From Acinetobacter phage vB_AbaM_14/CRR8, in sequence record PV611675.1: DNA of 64,000 nt. One strand, 5' to 3'. Under the pieces are notes generated by a model. It saw only the letters and a list, made by a program, of their open reading frames with translations. It was not told the origin of the DNA and searched no databases. Every line of letters starts with the position of its first letter. Position 1 is the stretch's first letter. A program made the translations under genes and the position numbers. Below, piece after piece: positions 18,453-27,939 of the stretch.

Positions 18453-20508
18453 AGAGCGTAAGTATAGATTTTTTGCTGCCGATTTGGAGGCAACAGGTCT
18501 ATTGTGGGACATGGTTAAACAAGGGGATGAGAAGAAATTACATAACTTCTGTGCTATTGAGATCAAGGACCATAAGTTTCAAAATATTGAGATGTTTCAC
18601 CCTCATGATAAGAAGGGGAGAGATGAACTTCAAAAATTTATTGAACATCCAGATCATATCTTTCTGATTCACAATGCTTATACATATGATGTTCATGCAC
18701 TGGAATTATTTGGTTTTGATACATCTAAAATGAAGGTGATTGATACATTGCCATTGTCTTGGTATCTCCATCATGATCGTGATCGTCATGGTCTTGAATG
18801 GTGGGGTGAAGAGTTTGGAGTACCTAAACCTAAGATCGACAACTGGGAAGATTTAACTCAAGAAGAGTATGACCATCGTGTTATCGAAGACTGTAAGATT
18901 CAGCGACTCCTGTGGATGAAGTTGTGTACAGAATTTGGTGAGATGTATAAGATTAAGACTCAGAAGGATGTATATGAACACTTTGCATTCAAATACATTC
19001 AGTTTAAATCTAAACAACTTTCTGAACAGATGAAGAATAAGTGGAAGTTCAATGTTGAGGAAGGTCAGAAATTATTTGATGAGCTTGAAGCTGAGATTGC
19101 AGAGCGTACAGAGAAGTTAAAATCTGTAATGCCTAAAGTTCCAAAGTATGCTAAACGTAAACCTCCAGCTAAACCGTTTAAAGCAAATGGTGAATTATCT
19201 GCTACTGGTGAGAAGTGGAAGAAACTTTGTGAGGAACATGGTTATGAGTTTGGTACTTATAAAGGTGAGATTTTAGAGCTTACTAAGTATGAAGAACCAA
19301 ACCCAGCATCTTCAACTCAAGTGAAAGCTTGGTTAACTAGTTTAGGCTGGGAGCCAATGACATTTGAGTATAAGCGTGAAGCTGATGGTAAGACTCGTGC
19401 TATTCCTCAAGTTAACAAGAAGAACTCAGGTGGATTAGTTTGTGAATCTGTTTCGATGTTGGCTGAGGAAGTTGAGGAAGTATCAGCTCTGGAAGGTCTA
19501 GGTATCGTAAAGCACCGTTTTGCTATGGTTAAGGGTTGGTTGGAGAATCACGAAGATGGATTCTTAATCGCACAAGCTGGTGGGTTTACGAATACGTTAC
19601 GATTGAAGCATAGACAACTTGTGAATATGCCTTCAGGTCGTGTACCATACGGAATGCGTTTACGTGGGTTGCTTGAAGCTCGTGAAGGTTGTATATTGAC
19701 AGGGGCCGACTTAAGTTCTCTTGAGAACCGCTGGAAGTTCCATCATCAATATCCACTTGATCCTGATTATGTAGAAGCACAGATGTCGGATGACTTTGAC
19801 CCTCACTTGGCACTAGCGGAGATGGCAGGTCTATTAACGACAGATGATGTAAACTTCTATAAGTTGTTTGAGAGTGGCTACACCATCCCTGATGAGTGTT
19901 ACACTGATGAACTGAAGAGACGAATTAAGAAAGCTGAGGAAGATGAGGAGTGGAAACACTCTGAGATCAAGCGCATTGCTAAAATTCGTGGTATTGGTAA
20001 GAATGGTAACTATGCACTACAATATGGTTCTGGTGTTGAAACATTAGCCCGTACTGCTAAGATTACCAAGAAACAAGCAACCAAGTTGAAAGAAGGTTAT
20101 GATAAGCTTAACTGGACTATCCCTGTTATTGCCAAGGCACAACGGGTTAAAGATTTTAAACATGGACGATTCTTGTATAACCGTGAGAATAAAATCTGGT
20201 ATCCATTAAAAGCTGAGAAGGATAGATTCTCTACCTTGATTCAGGGAAGTGGTTCGTATACACTAGACTTATGGATCATGAAGTTCTTCCAAATTCGTAA
20301 GAAGGCTATTGCCTCTGGTCGGATTAAGTTTGCTAATTTATTAGGGACTTTCCACGATGAGTTAATCTTGGAGCATTTGGAGGAGGATGCAGAAGAAGTT
20401 AAGAAGATGTTAAGTGAGGCGATCGACCTTGTTAATAAATCTTTGAAGCTTTCTGTAGACTTGACATGTGACATTAAACAGGGTAAAACATACGCTGAAA
20501 TTCACTAA
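18445..20508 (+). CDS. family A DNA polymerase (T7 gp5-like) with 3'-5' exonuclease
   Basis: Exo I motif FFAADLEATGL; motif B KxxxNGxxYG (KIRGIGKNGNYALQYG); motif C HDE; ATG 18445 after GGAGGTG. Confidence 0.8.
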   Translation: MSEERKYRFFAADLEATGLLWDMVKQGDEKKLHNFCAIEIKDHKFQNIEMFHPHDKKGRDELQKFIEHPDHIFLIHNAYTYDVHALELFGFDTSKMKVIDTLPLSWYLHHDRDRHGLEWWGEEFGVPKPKIDNWEDLTQEEYDHRVIEDCKIQRLLWMKLCTEFGEMYKIKTQKDVYEHFAFKYIQFKSKQLSEQMKNKWKFNVEEGQKLFDELEAEIAERTEKLKSVMPKVPKYAKRKPPAKPFKANGELSATGEKWKKLCEEHGYEFGTYKGEILELTKYEEPNPASSTQVKAWLTSLGWEPMTFEYKREADGKTRAIPQVNKKNSGGLVCESVSMLAEEVEEVSALEGLGIVKHRFAMVKGWLENHEDGFLIAQAGGFTNTLRLKHRQLVNMPSGRVPYGMRLRGLLEAREGCILTGADLSSLENRWKFHHQYPLDPDYVEAQMSDDFDPHLALAEMAGLLTTDDVNFYKLFESGYTIPDECYTDELKRRIKKAEEDEEWKHSEIKRIAKIRGIGKNGNYALQYGSGVETLARTAKITKKQATKLKEGYDKLNWTIPVIAKAQRVKDFKHGRFLYNRENKIWYPLKAEKDRFSTLIQGSGSYTLDLWIMKFFQIRKKAIASGRIKFANLLGTFHDELILEHLEEDAEEVKKMLSEAIDLVNKSLKLSVDLTCDIKQGKTYAEIH

Positions 20509-20520
20509 AGGTTAATATTT

Positions 20521-20712
20521 ATGAAAAATTTACAATTACTTGTTGACATTGCAGAAAGTTCTGGTAATATGGATGCCATTGAAGATGATGTAGGATTTAA
20601 ATTTCCAGAATCCACATCTCTACCAAAGCTTGAGGTTATGTCCCTTGAGAAAAGGTTCTTAGAACATTGGAGTGATACATATTCTCCAGTTCATTTAAGA
20701 TATGAATTGTAA
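20521..20712 (+). CDS. hypothetical protein
   Basis: 63-aa ORF directly after the polymerase. Confidence 0.3.
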   Translation: MKNLQLLVDIAESSGNMDAIEDDVGFKFPESTSLPKLEVMSLEKRFLEHWSDTYSPVHLRYEL

Positions 20713-20728
20713 TTAAATAGGTGGTTCT

Positions 20729-20932
20729 ATGTTGTATTCGTTAGTATTAGTAGTATTTCTATCAAACGGTTCAGAAGATAGAACCACTTTAGCAAAAAAT
20801 TATCAAGATTACTCTTGCATTGATTCAAGAGATGTTGTAAGATCACAACTTGATTATTACAACAATCTCGAATCTAAAGGTGATGTTGAGTTTGTTGATG
20901 TTGAGTGTGAAGCTCAAAAAGATTTTATTTAG
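20729..20932 (+). CDS. small membrane/secreted protein
   Basis: N-terminal hydrophobic segment, two Cys; GGTGG RBS. Confidence 0.3.
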   Translation: MLYSLVLVVFLSNGSEDRTTLAKNYQDYSCIDSRDVVRSQLDYYNNLESKGDVEFVDVECEAQKDFI

Positions 20933-20954
20933 TAGTTCCTTAGAGGAGAAATTT

Positions 20955-22160
20955 ATGACAGCTTTTAAAATGCGTAAGGGTACAGGTAATGGCAACGGTG
21001 GTAACGGACCTAAAGTAGACTATGCAGCTATTAATGCTCAGGTTGATGAAGGTTCACACGGTGCTCGTATTGTACACTTAATCGACTTAGGGGACCATCA
21101 AGATTCTGTTAAGTTGGGTGATAAGGGTTACACAGGATTCCTTAGCGAAGAGGATGCTGAGTTATTCATTGAACAGATGAAAGAAAAGCATGGTGAAAAA
21201 CATTCTGCATTCAAAAATGGTGATCCAGAGATTGAGGAAGCGGATGAAGCGGATTTTGATGAGTCTAAGACAAAAACACTTAAACTTACAGGTAAAGGTG
21301 ACAAAGCTCGTTGGATTGAAACAGACACTGATCCAGAGTATGTAGTAAACATCAATGAGTACGGTGGCTTTAAGAAAGATGGTACACCTCTTTTATATCA
21401 AGAGATTGCTCTTGTAGCTGACTGTACAGAGATGGAAATTGATTATGGTGAAGATATTGGTGTAAAACCTTATCGTATCCTGTTGAACAAAACTTGGATG
21501 GGTGATGTTACTGGTTTCCAACTTAAGAAAGTTCCACCAGCTAAAAAAGATGGTGTATGGACAATTAAAGGTAATACCAAGTTAGCTGAGGTAATTACAG
21601 CTTGTGGTAAGAAAGAGCTTCTTGATGTTGATTTGGAAGATGCAGATTTTTCTGAAATTCTTGGTGAAGCATTCAATATCGCAATTGAGAAGAATGGTGA
21701 CAATGACCAGTATGTAAATATCGGTAAAGCCATCCCTCTCAAGAAGAAGAAGGGTGTTCCAGAAGAAGTAGCTGAGCTTTGGGATGAACCATTAGTAATC
21801 ACATTTGAGAATGCAACAGCTGATTTGCTTGAACAAGCACACGTTCGTGGAGACATTATCAAGAAGATTAAGTCTGCTACAAACTATAAAGGTTCTGCAA
21901 TGGAAGAGGCTGTTGAAGAGTATGAAGCTCGTAACAAAGCAAAATACAAAGCTCAAGCTGAATCACAAGAATCTGATTTGGACGATGAAGGTGATGATGA
22001 GGATGAGGATGAAAAGCCACAACGTAAGGTTACTAAAGAGACTAAGTCTAAGTCAACAAAAGCAAAGACTAAAACTAAGAAGGAACCTGAGCCTGAACCT
22101 GAATCAGATGATGATAATGACGATGATGGTGACGACGATGAAAACGATGATTGGGAATAA
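20955..22160 (+). CDS. hypothetical protein with poly-acidic C-terminal tail (possible ssDNA-binding/recombination protein)
   Basis: GAGGAG RBS; Lys-rich linker then a 30-aa Asp/Glu run ending in DDWE, as in phage SSB C-termini; location in the replication module. Confidence 0.4.
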   Translation: MTAFKMRKGTGNGNGGNGPKVDYAAINAQVDEGSHGARIVHLIDLGDHQDSVKLGDKGYTGFLSEEDAELFIEQMKEKHGEKHSAFKNGDPEIEEADEADFDESKTKTLKLTGKGDKARWIETDTDPEYVVNINEYGGFKKDGTPLLYQEIALVADCTEMEIDYGEDIGVKPYRILLNKTWMGDVTGFQLKKVPPAKKDGVWTIKGNTKLAEVITACGKKELLDVDLEDADFSEILGEAFNIAIEKNGDNDQYVNIGKAIPLKKKKGVPEEVAELWDEPLVITFENATADLLEQAHVRGDIIKKIKSATNYKGSAMEEAVEEYEARNKAKYKAQAESQESDLDDEGDDEDEDEKPQRKVTKETKSKSTKAKTKTKKEPEPEPESDDDNDDDGDDDENDDWE

Positions 22161-22167
22161 GTGATAA

Positions 22168-22428
22168 ATGGAAGCAAGCGTTAACATATCTTCAAATGAG
22201 TTGAAGCGCTTGTTCCACAAAGCTGTAAAGGATGGTGGCTTCTCTGAGAGAGTGATCTCGGAGACAGTCACTAAACTTTTAGATAGGGTAGCCAGAGACT
22301 ACCCACATCTTCTCAAAGGTATTTACCAGAATGCACATCGTAAGTACCAAGCGAGTTTAGCTCTTGGACTCAAGCAGCAAAGAGAACGTAACATGAAACA
22401 AATCTATGGAGGAAAGTATGGGAACTAA
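22168..22428 (+). CDS. hypothetical protein
   Basis: 86-aa basic ORF. Confidence 0.35.
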   Translation: MEASVNISSNELKRLFHKAVKDGGFSERVISETVTKLLDRVARDYPHLLKGIYQNAHRKYQASLALGLKQQRERNMKQIYGGKYGN

Positions 22429-22825
22429 ACACATTAATGAATTAGCTACAGAAATTGAAGCAAAGCGTGGCGCTGGTCGCCCATCTGTTGATAATGAATC
22501 TATCCTTGATGAGCTTTTGGCAAAGCCTGAAACACGACAGAAACTTAAAGATCAATTCCGTTATTTAAAAGAGCAGAAGCTTGCTGTAATGGCAAAGCAA
22601 GACATTTATAAAGATGATGTAAAAGCTACCAAAGAAGTATTTGGTCTTTCAAATGGGTTTATTACAAAAGCTGTCGATGCTCTTGTTAAGTCTGAAGTTA
22701 GTAAGAAAATGACTGAAGCTGCTCAATTCTCTGATTTCTTATCTGTTCTTGGTGAAGATGAGGAAGATGTAGATTCAGGCAATTACGACGAAAATGACTT
22801 TGGGGATGAGGATTATGACGATTAA
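22418..22825 (+). CDS. hypothetical protein with acidic C-terminus
   Basis: ATG after GGAGG; C-terminus DEDVDSGNYDENDFGDEDYDD. Confidence 0.35.
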   Translation: MGTKHINELATEIEAKRGAGRPSVDNESILDELLAKPETRQKLKDQFRYLKEQKLAVMAKQDIYKDDVKATKEVFGLSNGFITKAVDALVKSEVSKKMTEAAQFSDFLSVLGEDEEDVDSGNYDENDFGDEDYDD

Positions 22826-23066
22826 TGTCGATTTAAAATACGGCAGTCAATCTCTCTATAAGGTACTTGATGATGAAGATGGTCACAAGTACCTTATTCC
22901 TTTTCAGGAGTATGATGAGGTAAAGGCTCAATTTGATAATATTTTAGAAGCTCAAGATGATGATTTATATGATCAGTTGGAAAACCTCCTTGACACATAT
23001 GAAAAGTTGGAAGGTGCTGACTTTTTAGTAATACTGGAATCGGAGGTGGTTAGTGTCAGGGTTTAA
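22794..23066 (+). CDS. hypothetical acidic protein (start uncertain)
   Basis: ORF overlapping the previous gene end; several in-frame ATGs. Confidence 0.25.
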   Translation: MTLGMRIMTINVDLKYGSQSLYKVLDDEDGHKYLIPFQEYDEVKAQFDNILEAQDDDLYDQLENLLDTYEKLEGADFLVILESEVVSVRV

Positions 23067-24369
23067 GATGCGAAAGGTGTCAGAGGAAGTAAAACAATAT
23101 TATGTACATGAAATTGATTTCCCAGTTTATAAAAAGCGTGAAAAAGTTCTTTTAATCGATGCTGATATCTTAGCATTCAAAGTCTCTTCAGTTTGTGAAT
23201 CAAGATTCAGATTTACACATAAAGAAGACCCTGATGAGGTTTATCTAGCGAAATCCATTAAAGAGTTCCAAGGCTTCCTTGAAGACGAGAAGGCCCGTTC
23301 TGCTCGTAAAGTTGAACGTATTAGTAAGAAGATGATGGAAGCTCGTCATTCTGATGATACCGAAGCTTACGAGAAGCATAAGAAGAATCTTGCCAAAGCT
23401 CGTGAAGTATTCCAAAATTGCTATGAGTTTGAAGATTTTGAACGTGAAGATGTTCAGATCGCTGATCCTTTTGAGTATTGTGCAAAAACATTGAAGGATG
23501 CTCTGGAAAGAGTACTTAAGATGTTGAGAATCAAAAAGTTTGAGATGTATGTAGGTGGTGATGAAAACTTCCGATCTAAACTACCTCTTGTTGAAGAGTA
23601 TAAAGTGTCTGTACGTAAAGATGGTATTCGACCTATACACCTAACTGCTGCCAAAGAATTTTTAATGAAGAAGTATGGGGCAATTAAGGTTAAAGGTATT
23701 GAGGCTGATGACGTATTGCAGATGAGACAATATCAATTACACAAAGCTGGTGTTGATGTGGTCATGTACTCTAATGATAAAGACCGTAAGCAAGGCTGGT
23801 ATGGTAAGTACTATAATCCAGACAGTGAGTCTCTAGAAGTCTTAGATTCTTATTTAGGCACAATCAACGAGAAGGGTAAGGGTTGTGGTCTTAAATGGTT
23901 ATTGTTCCAAATGTCACAAGGTGATCCAGTCGATGGGTACTCGCCTAAAGCATGGTACGATAAAACGCATTATAAGCGTGGCTATGGGCCGAAAGGGTTT
24001 TATAATGACTTTGGTCACATCGAATGTGAAAAAGAGCTTCTGGAGCATTTCATAGTAGTTCACCGTGATAGATTACTCACTCAGGAAATTTATGAGTGGA
24101 CAACTTGGGATAAACGTCGAGTAAAATCAAATTGGCTAGGCATCATTGAGTTGATGTTCTCTTGTGCTTACATGAAGCTTGAGGTTGATGACCAGCGTAC
24201 ATTTAGATCATTGTGTCAAGAACACGGTGTGGATGCTGGAGAATTAATCTGGGATGTTTGCCATGAGTGGGACATTCCAACTGAGGAATTAGGGTGTGTT
24301 CAGAAGGTCGTTAAGGAGGTCTTAGATGAGGCAATTGAGGAAGGGGTCCTTCAAAGATCAAGTGATTAA
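23053..24369 (+). CDS. 5'-3' exonuclease / flap endonuclease (RNase H-like) with C-terminal extension
   Basis: N-terminal LLIDADILAFK, GIEADDVL and SNDKD motifs match T4 RNase H/T5 D15-type FEN; GTG start after GGAGG. Confidence 0.5.
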   Translation: MSGFKMRKVSEEVKQYYVHEIDFPVYKKREKVLLIDADILAFKVSSVCESRFRFTHKEDPDEVYLAKSIKEFQGFLEDEKARSARKVERISKKMMEARHSDDTEAYEKHKKNLAKAREVFQNCYEFEDFEREDVQIADPFEYCAKTLKDALERVLKMLRIKKFEMYVGGDENFRSKLPLVEEYKVSVRKDGIRPIHLTAAKEFLMKKYGAIKVKGIEADDVLQMRQYQLHKAGVDVVMYSNDKDRKQGWYGKYYNPDSESLEVLDSYLGTINEKGKGCGLKWLLFQMSQGDPVDGYSPKAWYDKTHYKRGYGPKGFYNDFGHIECEKELLEHFIVVHRDRLLTQEIYEWTTWDKRRVKSNWLGIIELMFSCAYMKLEVDDQRTFRSLCQEHGVDAGELIWDVCHEWDIPTEELGCVQKVVKEVLDEAIEEGVLQRSSD

Positions 24370-24973
24370 GTTCCCTTATGATTCATGGAAGTTGCTTAAT
24401 GACCAAGCTGATGCAGTAGCTGAGTGCTTTAGGTTAATGAGAGATTGGGAGGAACCAAATTTGACAGCCCAACTAGGGATTAAAGCAGATTTAGTAACTA
24501 TGGGAAATCATGTACATCATGGTACAGATAACCCATTCATTACAACAACTTCAGGAGAGGTATTTATGTATAGTGATGCTATTAGAGACTCTAATATTAG
24601 TGGTTTAGGTTTACCTACCCGTAGAGGTATTGAAAACACTTTTATTTCAAGCATTTCGGGTGGAGTTGTGTCGATTTCAGGCAAAGTTCATCGTGAATGT
24701 CCACCAAACAAAGTTGTCAAGTATACACAACTGGTTTGGAATATCGCCAAATCTACACGAGATAATTTGGCAGACATGGTGGTTAATGACTACTATAGAA
24801 TTTCAGGTAAATCTGTAGTTCAATTATTGGAAAATGCGACACCTGAACGTTTTGAACTTGAAATTTGGTTTGAGGATGATCGTAAATTCCATATATATCG
24901 AGATGATAAACGAATTTTTGAGAGTAAATCTGCTAAAGAGACTGCTGCATTTATTGAGGGTGGGCTTAAGTAA
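24326..24973 (+). CDS. hypothetical protein (start uncertain)
   Basis: 215-aa ORF overlapping the FEN 3' end; true start may be an internal ATG. Confidence 0.3.
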   Translation: MRQLRKGSFKDQVIKFPYDSWKLLNDQADAVAECFRLMRDWEEPNLTAQLGIKADLVTMGNHVHHGTDNPFITTTSGEVFMYSDAIRDSNISGLGLPTRRGIENTFISSISGGVVSISGKVHRECPPNKVVKYTQLVWNIAKSTRDNLADMVVNDYYRISGKSVVQLLENATPERFELEIWFEDDRKFHIYRDDKRIFESKSAKETAAFIEGGLK

Positions 24974-25590
24974 TGGATTTCGGAATTGTTCAAGAGGAAA
25001 CTAAGGGTAAATCGATAGATTTCTCCAAGGTGTCTGATAAAGACCTCAAGCAATTTCTCACCTGCACTAAGCATGTATTTAAATCTGAGTCGGCATTTTT
25101 TACTTGGGTTCGTAGTGGTTTAAGACAAGGTCTTTGGATGAAACACCCGATCAAGATGGAAATGCTCAATTCTCAGAGATATAAGATCAAGAACCCTAGA
25201 CCAAATCCACGTAAAGGTTCAGAGTTGGTGTGGGGTTATGATTGTGCATGTTGTGGTGGTCAATTTACAGCACCAAACGTAGAAGTTGATCATATTGTTG
25301 GTGAACACAGTTTGAAGACAATTGAAGATGTAGTTACTTTCTTTAAGAAAATTATGTTAGTGACTCCATCCGATTTACAAATTGTTTGTAAAGAATGTCA
25401 TGCTATCAAAACTTATGCTGAGCGATATGGTGTTTCTGAGAAGAAAGCAAGAGCTATTAAGAAAGCTATCGCTGCTGTTAAAGATGGCATACATCAAGAG
25501 GAACTTGAGAGGTTAGGTGTTAAGAAATTAGTACCTAAGACAAAGGCTAGAGATATGCTTGCCGATCTCTATGAAAGAGAGGATACATAA
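24973..25590 (+). CDS. HNH endonuclease
   Basis: CACCGG...VDHIV...CKECH HNH/zinc motif. Confidence 0.55.
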   Translation: MDFGIVQEETKGKSIDFSKVSDKDLKQFLTCTKHVFKSESAFFTWVRSGLRQGLWMKHPIKMEMLNSQRYKIKNPRPNPRKGSELVWGYDCACCGGQFTAPNVEVDHIVGEHSLKTIEDVVTFFKKIMLVTPSDLQIVCKECHAIKTYAERYGVSEKKARAIKKAIAAVKDGIHQEELERLGVKKLVPKTKARDMLADLYEREDT

Positions 25591-26786
25591 TGTACGACTA
25601 CTGGCCTCAATGTAGTCTCTATCACCAGCGATATTACATTCAACATGCTAAGGATATGGAATACAAACATGGCTTGGTAGTTGGCGGTAAATATAGAAGG
25701 AAGACAGGGGAGTTATATTTCTTTAGCCACCAGTATCTATGTGATTTCTTTTACATAAATGCTGAAACTATGCGTAAAGAACACGACTACCCTTCCAACT
25801 TCGTCGTAGAGGAGGATACTTTGAAGGTATTTGAAGAATTAAAACATTGGAAACAGAAGGCATTATACATGCATATGTTCCAAGGAAAAACTGGAGCACA
25901 TATTAGTAGGGAATTGAATATTCCTGAACGTACTGTACAAGATAACCTTAAAAAGCTTAAAGGTAAGATTCGTATTGAGGATATCTATGATCCAGATAAT
26001 GTAGGCAAAAATATTGTTAATGGAGCCAAGATTCTATTCCATGATATTGAAACATCATTGGCGGTATCTTACCACTTTGGACAATGGCAACAAAATTTAG
26101 GTATTAAGCAACAAGTATTTGAAAGTCATTTACTATCACACTCATGGGCTTGGAATGATGGAGAGGTTAAAGGCTCTATCTTAACTCGTGAAGAGGTTCT
26201 TAAACGAGATGATAGCCGATTGGTTATGGAAGTCTGGGCTTTACTAGATGAATGTGATGTTTATGTTGCACACAATGGCAAGAAGTTTGATGTGAAGAAA
26301 TTGAATGGTTTCTTCCTGAAACACGGTCTCCCACCTCCTTCACCATACAAGGTTGTAGATACACTGCAAATTTCTCGTAATAAGTTTGGACTCCCATTCC
26401 ATAATCTGGCATACTTAGCTAAATTCCTAGATGTTACTCGTAAGATTGACAACTCAGGTATTGAGCTTTGGATTAGTTGTGCTCAAGGTGATCAGGAAGC
26501 TCTTGATGAAATGTTAGAATATAACATTGGTGATATTGTAACTTTACGTGAGGTTTATTACAAAATCATTGGTTGGGATAATAACGGTGTCAATATGGCA
26601 TTGTATCAGCCAGTACAAGGTCTTGTTTGTACGCATTGTGGTAATAACGAGATGATTAGGTTGGTTGGTAAGACAGCTACAACTGTACAGATGAAGTATA
26701 ATGTGTATAGATGTACAAGCTGTAAAGCCCCACACCGTGGAAATACTTTGAATGGTGAAGATACTAAACTGTATCGTATTATCTAA
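25590..26786 (+). CDS. DEDD-family 3'-5' exonuclease with N-terminal sigma70 region-4-like HTH and C-terminal Zn ribbon
   Basis: HTH ALYMHMFQGKTGAHISRELNIPERTVQDNLKKL; Exo I DIETS, Exo II HNGKKFD; C-terminal CTHCG...CTSC. Confidence 0.5.
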   Translation: MYDYWPQCSLYHQRYYIQHAKDMEYKHGLVVGGKYRRKTGELYFFSHQYLCDFFYINAETMRKEHDYPSNFVVEEDTLKVFEELKHWKQKALYMHMFQGKTGAHISRELNIPERTVQDNLKKLKGKIRIEDIYDPDNVGKNIVNGAKILFHDIETSLAVSYHFGQWQQNLGIKQQVFESHLLSHSWAWNDGEVKGSILTREEVLKRDDSRLVMEVWALLDECDVYVAHNGKKFDVKKLNGFFLKHGLPPPSPYKVVDTLQISRNKFGLPFHNLAYLAKFLDVTRKIDNSGIELWISCAQGDQEALDEMLEYNIGDIVTLREVYYKIIGWDNNGVNMALYQPVQGLVCTHCGNNEMIRLVGKTATTVQMKYNVYRCTSCKAPHRGNTLNGEDTKLYRII

Positions 26787-26811
26787 ATGATTGTTAATTA
26801 ATCAGTTTAGA

Positions 26812-26841
26812 GTTGAAATGGTGAGTTATTATGATATAATA
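26812..26841 (+). promoter_or_regulatory. sigma70-like promoter with dyad symmetry over the -10
   Basis: TTGAAA, 16 bp, TATAAT; inverted repeat GGTGAGT...ACTCACC encloses the -10. Confidence 0.4.
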
Positions 26842-26868
26842 CTCACCTAAGTTAATTTGGAGGATGTT

Positions 26869-27510
26869 ATGTCTAAGCATGTAGAATTTGGTGTTGAAGA
26901 GTTTAATAAGTTTTTGGAACAAGAGTTATATCCAGCTGTATTTGAATTTAATGGGGCATGTGGTAAAGACCCAGAGAAGGTTGAAGATATTGATGATGCA
27001 GCCGAAATGATTTTAAATGAATGTAAGCGTGTGATTGAAGAGTGTGATGAAACAATTGCAGCTTATAAAGCTCGTGATACAAAAGAGCGTTTGGATGGTG
27101 TTGTTGATGTGTATTGGACAAGTGCTCAGTTACAACGATTATTAGATGTGCTTATGGTGAAATTCCCTAATATTATTGCACACATGAAAGAGAATTATGA
27201 GTTTGACGAAGTTCTTCAGTTGAATCATGCTCTTGGTTTGTTCCCTATTGCAATTACGTTAGGTCAAGGTACAATCCTTTCTGGTCATCGTATTGCATTG
27301 GCAGCACGTCGAATTATTGCAAACAACAAACAGAAGTATACCTCTAATATTGAAGAGGCTCTTGACTGGGAGAAACATCGACCTGCTGGTGTTGTACTGC
27401 GTAAGTATGAATATAATGGTCAAGAGTTTTATTGTTTGAAACGTACATCTGATGATTATGTTGTTAAGCCTCATACATTTGAGGATGTAAAATTAGGGGA
27501 CTTAGTATGA
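26869..27510 (+). CDS. MazG-like all-alpha NTP pyrophosphohydrolase
   Basis: EExxE..D motif (NECKRVIEECDETIAAYKARD); GGAGGA RBS. Confidence 0.45.
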   Translation: MSKHVEFGVEEFNKFLEQELYPAVFEFNGACGKDPEKVEDIDDAAEMILNECKRVIEECDETIAAYKARDTKERLDGVVDVYWTSAQLQRLLDVLMVKFPNIIAHMKENYEFDEVLQLNHALGLFPIAITLGQGTILSGHRIALAARRIIANNKQKYTSNIEEALDWEKHRPAGVVLRKYEYNGQEFYCLKRTSDDYVVKPHTFEDVKLGDLV

Positions 27511-27890
27511 CAAAGAAGTTGGTACGAGGTCCAGACAGAATACCGCCACCAGAACGTCAAGTAAGCTTTAGTGAGTTGACAGTTGGTGACAAGAAGATTG
27601 AACTTGTCCTCGAAAAATGTGGTGTGGATTTTGTATTGGAGAAACTTTGGGGGTTTGACACTAAACATAAGAGTGGCACACCTGAAGGGTTTTATGAAGT
27701 TAAAGAATGTCAACATAGGAATCGTGATGGAAAAATCGTCACTGGTAAACTTTATATTGGAGTCGAGAGACTTGATGATGAGTGGATTTTACAAGGCGCA
27801 CCGTCCGAAAAAGCTAAGTTGGCTGCAAAGCAAGATTTGTCACTGTACAGAGAACTTTCTAGTATGAGTCGATCAATACAGTCTTGCTAA
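27507..27890 (+). CDS. hypothetical protein
   Basis: 127-aa ORF, ATGA-coupled. Confidence 0.35.
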   Translation: MTKKLVRGPDRIPPPERQVSFSELTVGDKKIELVLEKCGVDFVLEKLWGFDTKHKSGTPEGFYEVKECQHRNRDGKIVTGKLYIGVERLDDEWILQGAPSEKAKLAAKQDLSLYRELSSMSRSIQSC

Positions 27891-27894
27891 ATGT

Positions 27895-27922
27895 GATCCA
27901 GCCTTAGTGCTGGATTTTTTGT
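27895..27922 (+). terminator. rho-independent terminator
   Basis: ATCCAGC-cttagt-GCTGGAT then T6. Confidence 0.45.
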
Positions 27923-27939
27923 TATATAGGAGTAATAAA

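Noticed and set aside
22794-23066. Precise start codon of several small overlapping genes (22794, 24326, 37114)
   Set aside because: Multiple in-frame starts with weak or mis-spaced SD sequences; coordinates are reported from the ORF track with low confidence rather than asserting a specific start.
20955-23080. Shared N-terminal 'FKMRK' peptide in genes starting at 20955 and 23053 as evidence of duplication
   Set aside because: Only about 6 residues match and the proteins are otherwise unrelated; probably coincidence.
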